A program made the translations under genes and the position numbers. A stretch of DNA of 64,000 bases from contig CAWFQB010000002.1 in the NCBI GenBank assembly GCA_963817895.1, forward strand, positions 384,001 to 448,000, read 5' to 3'. This document shows, in pieces, positions 20,769 to 32,078 of the stretch. Position 1 is the stretch's first letter. The number at the start of each line of letters is the position of its first letter. Under the pieces are notes generated by a model that worked only from the letters and a program-made list of their open reading frames with translations, was not told the DNA's origin and did no database searches. The stretch comes from an uncultured Chthonomonadaceae bacterium (lineage in GTDB: Bacteria > Armatimonadota > Chthonomonadetes > Chthonomonadales > Chthonomonadaceae).

Positions 20769-22587
20769 CGATATGCCTCGAGTAGAATGTGTTTATTGTT
20801 GCGTACTTTTGCCAGAATCTGTGTGGACGTCCGTCATTTTTATAGTTTTTCCATTGTTGTGGATCCGATATGCTGACCGCGCCTTTATCGAACAAATTCC
20901 TTTTAGCAATTTGGCTGAGACCAGCCGCATTTGCTATATTTGCATCAAAGCAGGATTGAATCTTATCCAAGCTCCTTACATTGTGGAAGTTGGCCCCACT
21001 TAAGTCTGCAAACTCAAAATTTGCGCCTCGTAATGATGTAAAACTGAAGTTAACATAACGCGCTGATATAAAACTGAGGTTCGCGTCATCAAGAAGGGCA
21101 TTTTGAAAGTTCGCACCATCAAGATTGGCTCCCTTAAAATCAGAAAACTGTAGATGGGCCATCTGAAGGAAAGCATTCTGAAAAGAGGCATTAAGAAAGA
21201 AAGCTCCAACACCAAGTGGATGTTCATCACTGTCCGCATGAACATTACTCAAATCGGCATCATCAAAGCAGGCGTTAAAGAACTTAGCCCCGTCGATGCG
21301 TGAGCCACGTAATCTTGTCATGCGTAAGTCACAGTTACGAAAATCCGCGTTTGTGAGAATAGTATCAACTAAATAAGCTTCGACAAGAGAAGAGTGTTCA
21401 AAGATAGCATTTGTTAAGCGTGCGTTGGAGAAATCAGCATCATCCAGAATAGACAACGCAAATGTTGAATTTTGAAGATTTGCTCCCTTAAATAATCCTC
21501 CCTCAACATAGCTTCGTTGAAAACTGGCACCAACTAAATTGTAGTATTCAAGATTTAGTTTTGCGAAGCGCGTCCTTTCAAACAATTGTGCAGGATTATC
21601 ATACTTATTGCGCACAGATTGTAATGGCTTTGACCACACCCAAGCCAAGCCATTTCGAGACGTTTCACTACGTTTAGGTTGACCTACTCCATACCAACTT
21701 TCGGGACGTATGGTAGTTAGCATGTCTACAACCGCCTCGGACTTATCAGGTGATAGCATCGATGCTACATTTTCAGTACGGTTCTTTTTTTCATGTAATG
21801 GGCGCATACTCCTAGCTTGTAGTTCTTCAAGAGTAACAGGAACTCCACGCTTCATAAACGTTTGTACGAGATGTTTAACTTCATCTGCGTAAAGGGCATG
21901 AGTGTGCATACGTCCGCTCAATACTTCACGAACTCCATCTACTACATTGATGCGAACGGAGTCAGGTACTTGACGTGTCATCATAACTGGAACGCGACTA
22001 AGAGAAGCGATGCGTCGTTGCTCGGTTGTACTTCCAATGTCATCTGCCAGACGGGTAAAAGAGCGTTCAGCATTATCTATCATTGAAATACGATTTTGGA
22101 ATTGGTAAGTTAAAATAGCAACCAATATGCCGAAGGCACTGCCAACTGTGAGTAGTGCCTTGCCGAGCATTTGATAACCCTCCGGGCTACTAAAGCTCTT
22201 CCAAAAGTGTTGCCACCAACCTGCAAGCATACTTTTCTTCATGCGACACCACATACTGCGAAGAAGCACTGGTACATTGCTCTTTATTGAAACCCACACA
22301 TCTCCCATCTTCTTTCTACACTTTGCAAGTCCCTTTATGTGTGTAGATTTAAGCCGTATGATACTTGGCATAACTATTTTATTCATCTTGTTTTGATGAG
22401 GAGTTTGAGCAATTCTCTCATCTTGTATGTTCTGAGTTGCAGGTAGTTCAACCCGAATTACATTATTCGACGTTGTTTCAGGAATGACTACTTGAGATGA
22501 GACATGAACAGTATGAGTGTTGTTAGAGTTCCCATGTACCTCATCTCTATGTTGTGCTTCTACAGTATTTTTTTGTGAGTTTTCCAT
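20758..22587 (-). CDS. Membrane-anchored pentapeptide-repeat protein
   Basis: Low-complexity N-terminus, TM helix (ALLTVGSAFGILVAILTY), helical FTRLADDIGS..RRIASL segment, long A-[DN]-[LF]-x-x repeat tract; GGGGAG SD before ATG 22587. Confidence 0.85.
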   Translation of the reverse strand: MENSQKNTVEAQHRDEVHGNSNNTHTVHVSSQVVIPETTSNNVIRVELPATQNIQDERIAQTPHQNKMNKIVMPSIIRLKSTHIKGLAKCRKKMGDVWVSIKSNVPVLLRSMWCRMKKSMLAGWWQHFWKSFSSPEGYQMLGKALLTVGSAFGILVAILTYQFQNRISMIDNAERSFTRLADDIGSTTEQRRIASLSRVPVMMTRQVPDSVRINVVDGVREVLSGRMHTHALYADEVKHLVQTFMKRGVPVTLEELQARSMRPLHEKKNRTENVASMLSPDKSEAVVDMLTTIRPESWYGVGQPKRSETSRNGLAWVWSKPLQSVRNKYDNPAQLFERTRFAKLNLEYYNLVGASFQRSYVEGGLFKGANLQNSTFALSILDDADFSNARLTNAIFEHSSLVEAYLVDTILTNADFRNCDLRMTRLRGSRIDGAKFFNACFDDADLSNVHADSDEHPLGVGAFFLNASFQNAFLQMAHLQFSDFKGANLDGANFQNALLDDANLSFISARYVNFSFTSLRGANFEFADLSGANFHNVRSLDKIQSCFDANIANAAGLSQIAKRNLFDKGAVSISDPQQWKNYKNDGRPHRFWQKYATINTFYSRHIDDK

Positions 22588-22753
22588 TCTAAACTCCCCA
22601 ATATTTAATCGCACTACAAACTCGAATGTTGTGACCTGCCTTCTATTGCTTCTACGCTCATAAAGTCCTAAGTAATTTTAACATGATATTCCTTAAAAAT
22701 CAATAGGTTTCCAATTTTTTTATCCGGTGGTGTATTTTGATCAACGTTAAACA

Positions 22754-23338
22754 CTAAAATATGCCATCACCAACCACTGTAATTATCCTCGCCAGCGACA
22801 TGACCGTGCCAAGACACCAGCGAACCGCGTCTATCAGGCGATGCCGCGTGATGTTCTTTTGTTCGATGAAATCGCCGTAGAATTGGTTCTGGTCAACGTA
22901 ACTGCCGAACTCGATCAGGGCGTCGGCAAACACAGGCGGGACGCCCACGCCGAGCGCGGTTAAAATGCGCGCGAACAGGTCGAGCGTGTTGGCGATGATT
23001 TTGCGCTCGTCGGCGGACTGCGATTGCAGCAGAAACAGTGTTTGCGAGATGTCAATCAGATAGACATTGCGCAGCGAGAGTTCCTTAAATTCCGCCTGAA
23101 TGTTCGCCAGTTTCAGAGCCGTTTGCGCAAGGCTGATGTCCGCGAAGAGAACAACCTGTCCATCAGCGATCAGCGGCTGCATTTGCCCGTCCTGCTCAAT
23201 GAGAAAGGTGAAAAAGTCGGGCCGGTCGCGCCTGCCGTCCAGCCGCAGGCCGGTCAAAAAGAAGGTTGCGGTGGACTCAGAATTGGCTTCGTTACCAGCT
23301 TCAAAGGGTAATGGGGTTGTATTTTCATCGGACTGCAT
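22754..23338 (-). CDS. Hypothetical protein
   Basis: ~194-aa ORF from ATG 23338 with host-like codon usage. Confidence 0.6.
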   Translation of the reverse strand: MQSDENTTPLPFEAGNEANSESTATFFLTGLRLDGRRDRPDFFTFLIEQDGQMQPLIADGQVVLFADISLAQTALKLANIQAEFKELSLRNVYLIDISQTLFLLQSQSADERKIIANTLDLFARILTALGVGVPPVFADALIEFGSYVDQNQFYGDFIEQKNITRHRLIDAVRWCLGTVMSLARIITVVGDGIF

Positions 23339-23412
23339 AATTTGTTCCTGATTTTGGTATACTCTCAACAAGCGAAATGAACGCGAGAATGTTGTTTGAC
23401 AGCGGCATTGCG

Positions 23413-23442
23413 TTGACAAAGAGTTGCGTGGTGCGTTATACT
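23413..23442 (+). promoter_or_regulatory. Sigma70-type promoter of the aminotransferase operon
   Basis: TTGACA-18 nt-TATACT. Confidence 0.6.
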
Positions 23443-23515
23443 TATCGCAGTTTACCCAATTCTGTTGAGTTCCGCTTTCCCAATTTCAAGCCGCGAGAGA
23501 GAAACATAAAAATAC

Positions 23516-24880
23516 ATGACGCCGCCGCGCCGTCCGCTTAACCATACCATAACCAACTGCCCGCCTTCGGGCATCCGCCGCTTTTTCGACATCGCGCAGC
23601 AGATGGAAAACGTTATTTCGCTGGGCGTGGGCGAGCCGGACTTTGTCACTCCCCTGCGCATCCGCGAAGCCGGGGTTCATGCGCTGGAACGGGGCGTGAC
23701 CACGTACACCTCCAACAGCGGACTGCCCCTGCTGCGGCAGCGCATTTGCGAAATGCTCGCCACGCGCTATGATGCCCATTACGACCCGCAAACCGAATGT
23801 TTGATTACGGTTGGCGTATCGGAAGGGTTGGATCTGGCTCTTCGCGTCCTGATTAATCCCGGCGACGAAATTCTGGTCCCCGAACCCTGCTATGTGTCCT
23901 ATATTCCCGGCATCCTGTTCGCGGGCGGCGTTCCCGTTCTGGTTCCCACCGACGCGAGTGATGGTTTCCGTCTGCATCAGGAGCGGGTTGCCGAGCGCGT
24001 CACGCCCCGCACCAAAGCCCTGCTGATCGGCTCTCCGGCCAACCCCACGGGCGCCACTCAGTCCCGCGAAGACTTGCAGCAGTTGGTGAACCTTGCCGAA
24101 CAGCACGACTTTTATCTGCTTTCGGATGAAATTTATGACCGCCTGACGTATGTGGGACAGCATACCTGTCTTGGTTCCCTCCCCGGCGCGCGGGATCGCA
24201 CGATTGTTTTCAACGGCTTTTCCAAAGCCTATGCCATGACCGGCTGGCGCGTGGGCTACGTCTGCGCCCCGGAACCCCTGACGACGCTAATGACGCGGGT
24301 ACACCAGTTTACGATGCTGTGCGCCCCGCACGTCGCGCAAATCGCGGCTATCGAAGCGTTGGAACACGCCGAACCGGACGTGGCGGAAATGGTAGCGGAT
24401 TATGATAAGCGCAGGCGCGTGTTCGTGGACGGCCTGAACAGCCTTGGACTGACCTGCCCCGTTCCGCAGGGCGCGTTTTACGCCTTTCCCTCCATACAAA
24501 GTTCCGGCCTGAGCAGTGAAGAGTTTGCCGAGCGGCTGCTGATGGAGGAGCGCGTGGCCGTCGTGCCGGGAACCGCCTTCGGGCCGAGCGGAACCGGGCA
24601 TGTCCGCTGCTCCTACGCCACCGCCATGAGCCAACTGGAAGAGGCGTTGAGCCGCATAGGACGCTTTTTGCGCCGGCTGAAAGCAGAGGGCGAACACGTT
24701 CCGCCTTCACGCCGCGTCCTCAGCAGCAGGAGAACCGCGCTGCAAACCTCACTCCTGACACGCACGGGAGGAACCATCGGGGAGGAAAACGCCGCGCCCG
24801 CGCACGGAAGTTCCGCTCCGGTGTTGCGCGCGGGCGAACTGGTGACGGAAGAATCGCCCCGAAAGGCAGTGGCGCCATGA
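23516..24880 (+). CDS. PLP-dependent aminotransferase class I/II with ~60-aa low-complexity C-terminal extension
   Basis: ISLGVGEPDF, SPANPTG, SDEIY, NGFSKAYAMTGWRVG, GAFY, HVRCSY. Confidence 0.9.
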   Translation: MTPPRRPLNHTITNCPPSGIRRFFDIAQQMENVISLGVGEPDFVTPLRIREAGVHALERGVTTYTSNSGLPLLRQRICEMLATRYDAHYDPQTECLITVGVSEGLDLALRVLINPGDEILVPEPCYVSYIPGILFAGGVPVLVPTDASDGFRLHQERVAERVTPRTKALLIGSPANPTGATQSREDLQQLVNLAEQHDFYLLSDEIYDRLTYVGQHTCLGSLPGARDRTIVFNGFSKAYAMTGWRVGYVCAPEPLTTLMTRVHQFTMLCAPHVAQIAAIEALEHAEPDVAEMVADYDKRRRVFVDGLNSLGLTCPVPQGAFYAFPSIQSSGLSSEEFAERLLMEERVAVVPGTAFGPSGTGHVRCSYATAMSQLEEALSRIGRFLRRLKAEGEHVPPSRRVLSSRRTALQTSLLTRTGGTIGEENAAPAHGSSAPVLRAGELVTEESPRKAVAP

Positions 24881-25525
24881 GCCAAACGCGCTTCATCACG
24901 CGCTTCTGTGGAACCTTAACGCTGTTTCTAGCGTTGCTTATAGCATCTATGGGCGTTCGGGCGGACCGAATTGTGCTGGGGCCGGACGGAGCCACGCTGG
25001 ACCCGAAGGGCCTCAAGGCGGAATTTGCCGTCACTCCCTATCGCGGCCAACAAAATATCAGCTGGCTGCAATACTCCGCTGCCGCTGGGCATCGAAATTC
25101 AGACGCAGTTTATCAATATTGCCAACAAGCAGCGAAATTTAACTTCGCTGGACGTGCAATATCCGATTCTTTCCGAGTTCGGGCAGTTTCCGTCCGTTTC
25201 CGTGGGCGTTCGCGATCTGCTGGGGACGGGCAGCGAACATCACTCGCTGTATGCCGCAGCGGGCAAATCGTTCATCCTGTCCAAAGATCAACTGAAATTC
25301 GCGCATGATTTTCGGGTCACGCTGGGCTACGGAACCGAACGTCTGGACGGGGCTTTTATCGGCTTTCACTCTTTTTTGAAAGCGGGCGTGTTTGTGGACG
25401 CGGAATTGTACAAGCGTCATCCCAATATCAGCATCGCCCTGCCTCTTGTACGCAACATGAAGGCGCGGGCTTACAGTCTTGATGGCAATATCTTTTACGG
25501 ATTGTCGTACACCTTAGTAAGGTAG
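24877..25525 (+). CDS. Secreted/outer-membrane hypothetical protein; frameshift near 25080
   Basis: Signal peptide in ORF 24877 continues in ORF 24971; beta-strand-rich, ends FYGLSYTLVR. Confidence 0.55.
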
Positions 25526-25639
25526 GGAGTAGGGAATAGGGAGTAGGGAGTAGGAGCTTGCAACAATCAGCATGGTCTTGAATAGCATGTTGAGCAGAAG
25601 TGTTTATCTACTCCCTACTCCCTATTCCCTACTCCCTAC
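25522..25639. repeat. Inverted tandem-repeat element, (GGGAGTA)n, perfect 32-bp arms
   Basis: GTAGGGAGTAGGGAATAGGGAGTAGGGAGTAG (25522-25553) vs 25608-25639; variant unit GGGAATA mirrored; includes the upstream TAG stop. Confidence 0.95.
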
Positions 25640-25640
25640 G

Positions 25641-26845
25641 ATGGAAGCAACCATGACGATGCATTCTCAGAACGATCCCCGGCGCGTGGCGCTTATCAAG
25701 AGCCTGCTGACCAAGAACCGCTTTTACGCGCTTGTAGACCCGAATCGCGGCATTCGCAACGCCGATACCGTTGAGTTTATTCCCGCCGATCTTATCCTTG
25801 GGATCGCTTATCCCTGCCTGGAAGACGGGCTGAACGACTTCGCCGTAATTCGCACCACCTTTGAAACGCTCGACCTGTTTCCCGAAGACGACCCCATCCG
25901 CGAAGAGATGATGGAGATCGTCACCGACGCCCGCAGCAACCTGCTGCGCCGCCTGAACGAACTCCGCGACAAAATCCACGACAACCATGCCCATTTTCTC
26001 GGCACGGACTACAACGAGTTCAAAAGCTACTCGCTGGATATGGTGAACCGGGGCTACCCACGCCGCAACCTCGACAGCATGATGAAACTTAACGTGTTCA
26101 GTTCCGTCGCGGAAGCGGAAGGCTATACGGACAGCAACGAACTGCTCTACCACTACCAGTTTATTCCCGGCACGGATGTTGCGGCTGTGGCCGCCCTGCC
26201 CGCCCGCGAATTCATCGTGGAACTGTTCAACGACGTGCTGACAAGCGTTCTGGATGATGACAACTACAAAAGCAAGTATCTGTTCGACCGCAATGTGTTC
26301 CAGAAATTCATCGCCGTGATGTTCGTCAACTACGCCACAACCGACCCGATGTTCTACGGCATCAACCGCAGCGATTACGGCGTGTCGGGCGAAAAGGACA
26401 TGGACACAACGCCGCTGTATGTCGCTATTCGCAAAGAGTTGCTGGAGATCGAACAGCGCTTGAAGTTGGAAGGGCAGGGCCTGTTCCTGCCCGGGACGCA
26501 GCCGGGCCATGCGGAACCGGACATGGACGCGCCGGACTTCAGCGGCGGGGCACATCCGAGTTCGATATTCCCGACTTCACGCAGACCGGCGAAGCCGGGC
26601 ATCTGGAGCAGTCTAACACCGAACATCTGGCGTCGCGCCTGCCCGTTGTTCTCGTCAATGAGGAGGTGCTGCTCGGCCCCATCCATTCCCTGTGTTCCGC
26701 CGCGCTGGTGTTGAAGCGGCAGGGGGATGCGGAAACGCAGCGGTTTGCGCGCGTGATTCTTGCGGATGCGTGTCGTCTGGTGGATGAACTCAAGCGCCTG
26801 AGCATCATTTCGCCCCTGTCGAACAATCCGGGGCAGTGTGATTGA
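25641..26845 (+). CDS. Hypothetical acidic cytoplasmic protein; frameshift near 26550
   Basis: Strong host codon bias; coding-like sequence continues in another frame to TGA 26843-26845. Confidence 0.6.
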
Positions 26846-26855
26846 GGAGGAAGGC

Positions 26856-26908
26856 AGGAATATGGGAATAGGTCAAGCCCTTCTTCATTCCCATATTCCC
26901 ATATTCCT
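26856..26908. repeat. Short inverted tandem-repeat element, (GGGAATAT)n
   Basis: AGGAATATGGGAATA pairs with TATTCCCATATTCCT, just after a stop codon. Confidence 0.75.
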
Positions 26909-26919
26909 CCCCTTCCCTC

Positions 26920-26948
26920 TTGACAAACCCTGTCTGTAACGCTACAAT
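26920..26948 (+). promoter_or_regulatory. Sigma70-type promoter upstream of shc
   Basis: TTGACA-17 nt-TACAAT. Confidence 0.65.
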
Positions 26949-27285
26949 AGGCAGCCCTCGACCCTCACGCATTTCTCATCGGACGTATGCCTTCTAATTG
27001 GCCGCATACTGTCACGCCGGGATTACGCGCGCGTAGTTTGCAGAAGTTGCCTGCAAAAGCATACGCGCGGATTGTGGGCGAAATATGACGCCCGGATGCA
27101 GCAATATGGACGTCCGGCGCGTAACAATATACAATTCAAAACAGGTCGGGGCTATTTTTGGCCCCTGTCACGTTTGCCGCAGGCGCTTTGTCTGTGGAAT
27201 AACGATGCGTTTTCGCGGGGCGCAGCCCCCTGACACTCTGCGCCGTGCGGAAACCAGAGCCGAACTTTATTCGGACGGTGAATAG

Positions 27286-29451
27286 TTGAAGACGAGAGCA
27301 GAACACGCAAAGCCCGGTTCTTTCGATCAGGCTGTGACCACCCAACCTAAAAACCACGCGATGGTTACTTCTTCCCCTTCCGAAGTCTCCTCCCGGCCCC
27401 GGACACTCTCCTCAGTTTCCGGCAATGTGGCTGTCTCCCATGCTCTGACGACGGAAACCGTCTCGCTGGAAGCCGTTCGCCACGCCATTACGGGCGCGCA
27501 GCACTATCTGCTGGATCGGCAGGAGCCGGAGGGCTACTGGGTCGCCGAACTGGAAGGCGATACCATCCTCGAAAGCGAGTATATTCTGCTCCTGCAGTTT
27601 CTGGATCGCCGCGATCCGGAGAAATTTCGCAAACTCGCCAAATACATTCGCAGCAAGCAGCATCCGGAAGGCTACTGGTCTATCTATCCCGGCGGCCCGC
27701 CGGATGTCAGCGCGTCCGTGAAAGCCTATTTCGCCTGCAAACTGGCCGGGCATAAGGAGAACGAGCCGTTTATGCGCCGCGCCCGCAACGCCATTCTCGA
27801 AGAGGGCGGCGTGACGCAGTGCAATACCTTCACCAAACTCTACCTCTCCATGTTCGGGCAGTACGACTGGCGCGGCGTTCCGACCATTCCGCCGGAAGCC
27901 GTGCTGATGCCCAAGTGGTTCTACTTCAATATCTACAACATGTCCTCGTGGTCGCGGGCGATTCTGGTTCCGCTTGCCGTGATGAACGCCACGCGCCCGC
28001 AGCGTCCCATTCCCGATAACGCGGGCATACCGGAACTGTTCGTGGGCGGGCGCGACCGCAAGCGGATGCGTGCTGTCGTGGGACCGCAAGCCGCTCACCT
28101 GGCGCAACGTGTTCCTGGTCATGGACAAAATCCTCAAGCTCTACGATGCCAGCCCCGTCAAGCCGTTCCGCAAACTGGCGCTGAAGCGGTCACTGGAATG
28201 GCTGCTGGAGCGCGAAGAGAACAGCGGCGGACTGGGCGCGATTTTCCCCGCCATGACGCACGCGATCATGGCCTACAAGTGCATGGGCTATGCCGGACAA
28301 CCATTGGGCGATCTGCAAAGAACTGGCGGAACTGGCCGCGTTCGAGATCGAAGAAGACGACACGATCCGCCTGCAGCCCTGCGTGTCGCCGATCTGGGAT
28401 ACGGCCATCGTCATCAATTCGCTGGTCGACAGCGGCTATGCCGCCGACAGCGAAGCGGTGCAGCAGGCGGCGGAATGGCTGCTGTCCAAGCAGACCACGC
28501 GCAAGGGCGACTGGGCGGTGAAAGTGCCCAATGTCGAGCCGGGCGGCTGGTACTTCGAGATGGAAAACGAGTACTATCCGGATGTGGACGACACCATCAT
28601 GGTGCTGATGGGCCTGTACAAGGCCTACTGTCCGAATGGCGAGCACTGGACGGAAGCGCCCGCCGCATGTCCGCGAAGTCGATGCGCAAGGGGCTGGACT
28701 GGGTCTTCGCCATGCAGAACAGGGATGGCGGCTGGGGCAGTTTCGACAAAGACAACAACAAGACGCTGTTCCAGTACGTGCCCTATGCCGACCACAACGC
28801 GATGCTCGATCCCTCCTCCGCCGACATCACCGCCCGCACGCTGGAAATGTGTCCTACTTCAGCATCGGAAACGCATCCGAATGGGGCCGCGATGTGCAAC
28901 GCGCCCTGGACTATCTCTACCGCGAGCAGGAAGCGGACGGCTCCTGGTTCGGCCGCTGGGGCGTGAACTATCTGTACGGGACGTGGCAGGTGCTGCGCGG
29001 GCTGGCGCGGTATCGGCGAGGATATGCAGTCCGAGCGGATTCAGCGCGCCGTGCGCTGGCTGCACTCCGTGCAGAACGAGGATGGCGGCTGGGGCGAAAC
29101 CTGCCAGTCCTACGATCCCGAACATCCGAAAGCCAACGGGCCAAGCACGCCGTCGCAAACCGCCTGGGCGCTGATGGGCCTGTTCAATGCGGGCGATCTG
29201 GACAGCCGCGTTCGTGCAGCGCGGGCTGGACTACCTGCTGAACAATCAGGACGAGCGACGGAACCTGGGAAGAGGAGTGGTTCACGGGAACCGGCTTTCC
29301 CCGCGTGTTCTACCTGCGCTACCACTACTACCGGCACTATTTCCCGCTCTGGGCGCTGGCGCAGTACCATACGTTTGTTACCGGCGAACCCTGCGACGGC
29401 CCCGCCAACAGCAAAGCGCATGGGGGCAGGTTCGCCAATTTGGAAGTGTAG
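27286..29451 (+). CDS. shc: Squalene-hopene cyclase; multiple frameshifts
   Basis: QEPEGYWVAELEGD, QPCVSPIWDT, YYPDVDDT (DXDD), QW motifs QNRDGGW and QEADGSWFGRWGVNY, TGTGFPRVFYLRYH; ends TAG 29449-29451. Confidence 0.92.
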
Positions 29452-29454
29452 CGC

Positions 29455-30504
29455 GTGAAAGACAAAATCGCTAAAGTCGCGTCTAAAATGCAGTGGAACC
29501 TGCTGGCCGCCGCGAATAATTCACGCCCGCCGCAGATTGAAATTGTGCATGAGCGCCAGGCGGACGCGCCGTTTCCCGGCTTGGAATATGTGTATAGGTG
29601 CGTGGAACCGGCGTGTATCGAGCCGGAATTCGGATACGTGATTACCGGGCGCGGCCAGTTGCTGGAAGCGTCTTTGCAGCCCAACGATACCGACAATTTT
29701 CCGCCCTGGCGACAGGGCCTCCCCTCCCCATCCGCCTTTCGCAAAGCCATGCTTCCGTCTGCCGCGAACGTGGTGTCCGTCCCCGCCGCCATCTCCCTGC
29801 GCCACTGGTGGGAGTGGAATTACTTTCATTTCTACAATGATGTGCTGGGTAAACTGCATCTGCTGGAAAAAGCGGGCGTGTCTGCTTCTATCCCTCTGGT
29901 GTTGGGAAAATACGCGAATGAACTCCCGTTCGTGAAGCAGATTATTTCGCGGGGCGAATTGGGAAAGCGGCAGTGGATTATTCAGGAGGATAATTATATT
30001 CGGGCGGACACGATCTACTATTGCCGCAGCAAAGAGACGAAGCGGGAGCGGTTCGGAACCATTCTTCAAATGGCGGACGCGCCCCTCCCGAACCCCGGTT
30101 CACCAAACCGCGTATTTCTGACCCGCAGCCCGAAAGCAAAGCGGCATGTCGCTAATGCCGGGGAGGTAATGGAGGTTGCGGGCAAATACGGTTTTCGCGT
30201 GGTGGATACGGACGGTATGAGTATCCAAAAGCAGATGGAACTGTTTGCCGACACGCGCTATCTGATAATGACGCATGGCGCGGGATTTACCAATATTCTG
30301 TACCGGCAGGACGCGCCCCTGTCCATTCTGGAACTTCACGCCAGTAATTATCTGACTCGCGACCCGCGAGACCTGGCGGAAACGTTCGGACACCCCTATG
30401 ACGAGCTTGGCGGGCCGGCGAATGGCGCAAATCCTCAACATGCCAACTATCACATAGATGCAGCTGAATTGGAGCGCAGAATCCAACAGATTTTGACAGG
30501 GTAA
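29455..30504 (+). CDS. Glycosyltransferase family 61 (DUF563)-like protein
   Basis: NYFHFYND, RVFLTR..RHVAN, QMELFADT..IMTHGAGFTNILY. Confidence 0.8.
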   Translation: MKDKIAKVASKMQWNLLAAANNSRPPQIEIVHERQADAPFPGLEYVYRCVEPACIEPEFGYVITGRGQLLEASLQPNDTDNFPPWRQGLPSPSAFRKAMLPSAANVVSVPAAISLRHWWEWNYFHFYNDVLGKLHLLEKAGVSASIPLVLGKYANELPFVKQIISRGELGKRQWIIQEDNYIRADTIYYCRSKETKRERFGTILQMADAPLPNPGSPNRVFLTRSPKAKRHVANAGEVMEVAGKYGFRVVDTDGMSIQKQMELFADTRYLIMTHGAGFTNILYRQDAPLSILELHASNYLTRDPRDLAETFGHPYDELGGPANGANPQHANYHIDAAELERRIQQILTG

Positions 30505-30511
30505 GGCCGAC

Positions 30512-31914
30512 ATGAAACAAACCTCAGCTGCGGAATTGAAAACAGGGCTGCACAGGGCGCGACTTGCCATTGTAATGTATTTTCTGATTGTCTGCGGACT
30601 ATGCGCGTTCGCTGTTCCCGTCGGACAGGGACCGGATGAAACCGCGCACCTGACCTACGTCAATTTCGTTACGTCCCGCAATCAGTTGCCCAACCAGTAT
30701 GTGCCAGACCGGTTCGTGGATTGGGAGGGCCATCAGCCGCCGCTGTACTACATGGTGGCCTCCATTCTGCTCCGCGTGGTCAACGGGGGCGAAGCGTGTC
30801 GTCTGGAAGGGCGGCCTGATTCCGCGCGCGAATGGACGCCGATTGCCTTTCACCTGAAAGACGGGTGGGAACATTGGGACATTCGCTTTATCGGCGCGCG
30901 GGATAAATCCGCATTTTACGCGCTGCGGTTTTTTCCCTGTTGCTCGGGCTTGGCATTGTGCTGCTGACCTTGCAAATCGGACGTTTGTTTTGTGAGGATT
31001 CGCTGTGGCAGGTGATTCCGGGCGTGTTTGTGACCACGCTGCCGCAATTTATTTTCAACTGCGCTTACATCAACAATGACCCGTTGAACAACTTGTTCAC
31101 TACAGCGGCCATTTATTACGGCCTGCGCCTGATAACGGCAAAGCAGCCTGACGGCGACGCGTTGCGCCTGGGGCTGTATACCGGACTGTCGCTGTGTACA
31201 AAGAAAACGGGCCTGTTTTTGTGACCATGTATTTTTGCCTTGATCTGGCAAGTGAGTCTCAGTCCCCGCGCCCGAACCCGGACCACGCCGCTTGTGACGA
31301 GCGTGAAACTTGCGCTGGGGATATTCGGAGTGGCGGGCCTGGTAAGCAGCTGGATGTTGCTGCGTAATCGCCTGCTGTATGGAGAATGGCTCGGCAACGG
31401 CATGGAACGCCGCGCGTTTCCCTGGATGATACAGGAAAAATCGCTGCTGTCCCCTTATTTTCGCGGTATGTTTCCGAAACTCCTGTATACTTCTTTTGTG
31501 GGACGGTTTGGGTGGATGGACGTGCTGCTGCCCACATTCGCTTACGGATTCTACCTGCTGCTTATGGGAGCGGCGGGCGTGGGCGTGTGCTGGTATCTGG
31601 CGCGGCGGCCTGCGGGTGAGGAACCGTTTTCACCCTTACGCGTCCGCGTGTACGGCGCGCTGGGCTGTATCGCCTGCTGTCTGGCTGGCATTATCCTGTT
31701 CAACTTGACGCATTCGCAGCCGCAGGGCCGCTACCTGTTTTCCGTTTTGTCCCTGATTGGCGCGCTGGTCGCCCTCGGCGGATTAACCCTTGCCGCGCGG
31801 CTGAAGCTGTTTCGCCGCCTATCGCGTAGTGGCGCATACGCGCTTGCCGCCGTCTGCGCCGCGCTGCTGATCGGCATTGATCTGCTGTCGCTGTGGCGTA
31901 TATACCGAAGCTAA
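30512..31914 (+). CDS. GT-C / ArnT-PMT-like integral membrane glycosyltransferase; frameshift near 30935 and in-frame TGA at 31222
   Basis: GPDETAH, HQPPLYY, INND, TK, SFVGRFGW, QGRYLF. Confidence 0.7.
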
Positions 31915-32078
31915 CGTTTATTTTGCAGTACGGCGCATGGAAAGCAGAACGGGACTGAAGCCGATAATTATCAGGAAGTCCATTCCTCCACATGCGTAAA
32001 CCCAGTGGCTTTCTGGACTTATTTCGGTAAATCGGTTATGGGAGTGTGGAAGCGAAAAGGATAGCAGAGGACAGGCGC

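Larger units (their letters stand above)
15560..22780. mobile_element. AT-rich horizontally acquired island; no integrase or att repeats seen
   Basis: Abrupt shift from GC-rich to AT-rich sequence near 15.55 kb and back near 22.78 kb; five co-oriented genes. Confidence 0.75.

Noticed and set aside
15560..22780. Prophage or integrative element
   Set aside because: No integrase, tRNA target, phage genes or flanking direct repeats seen
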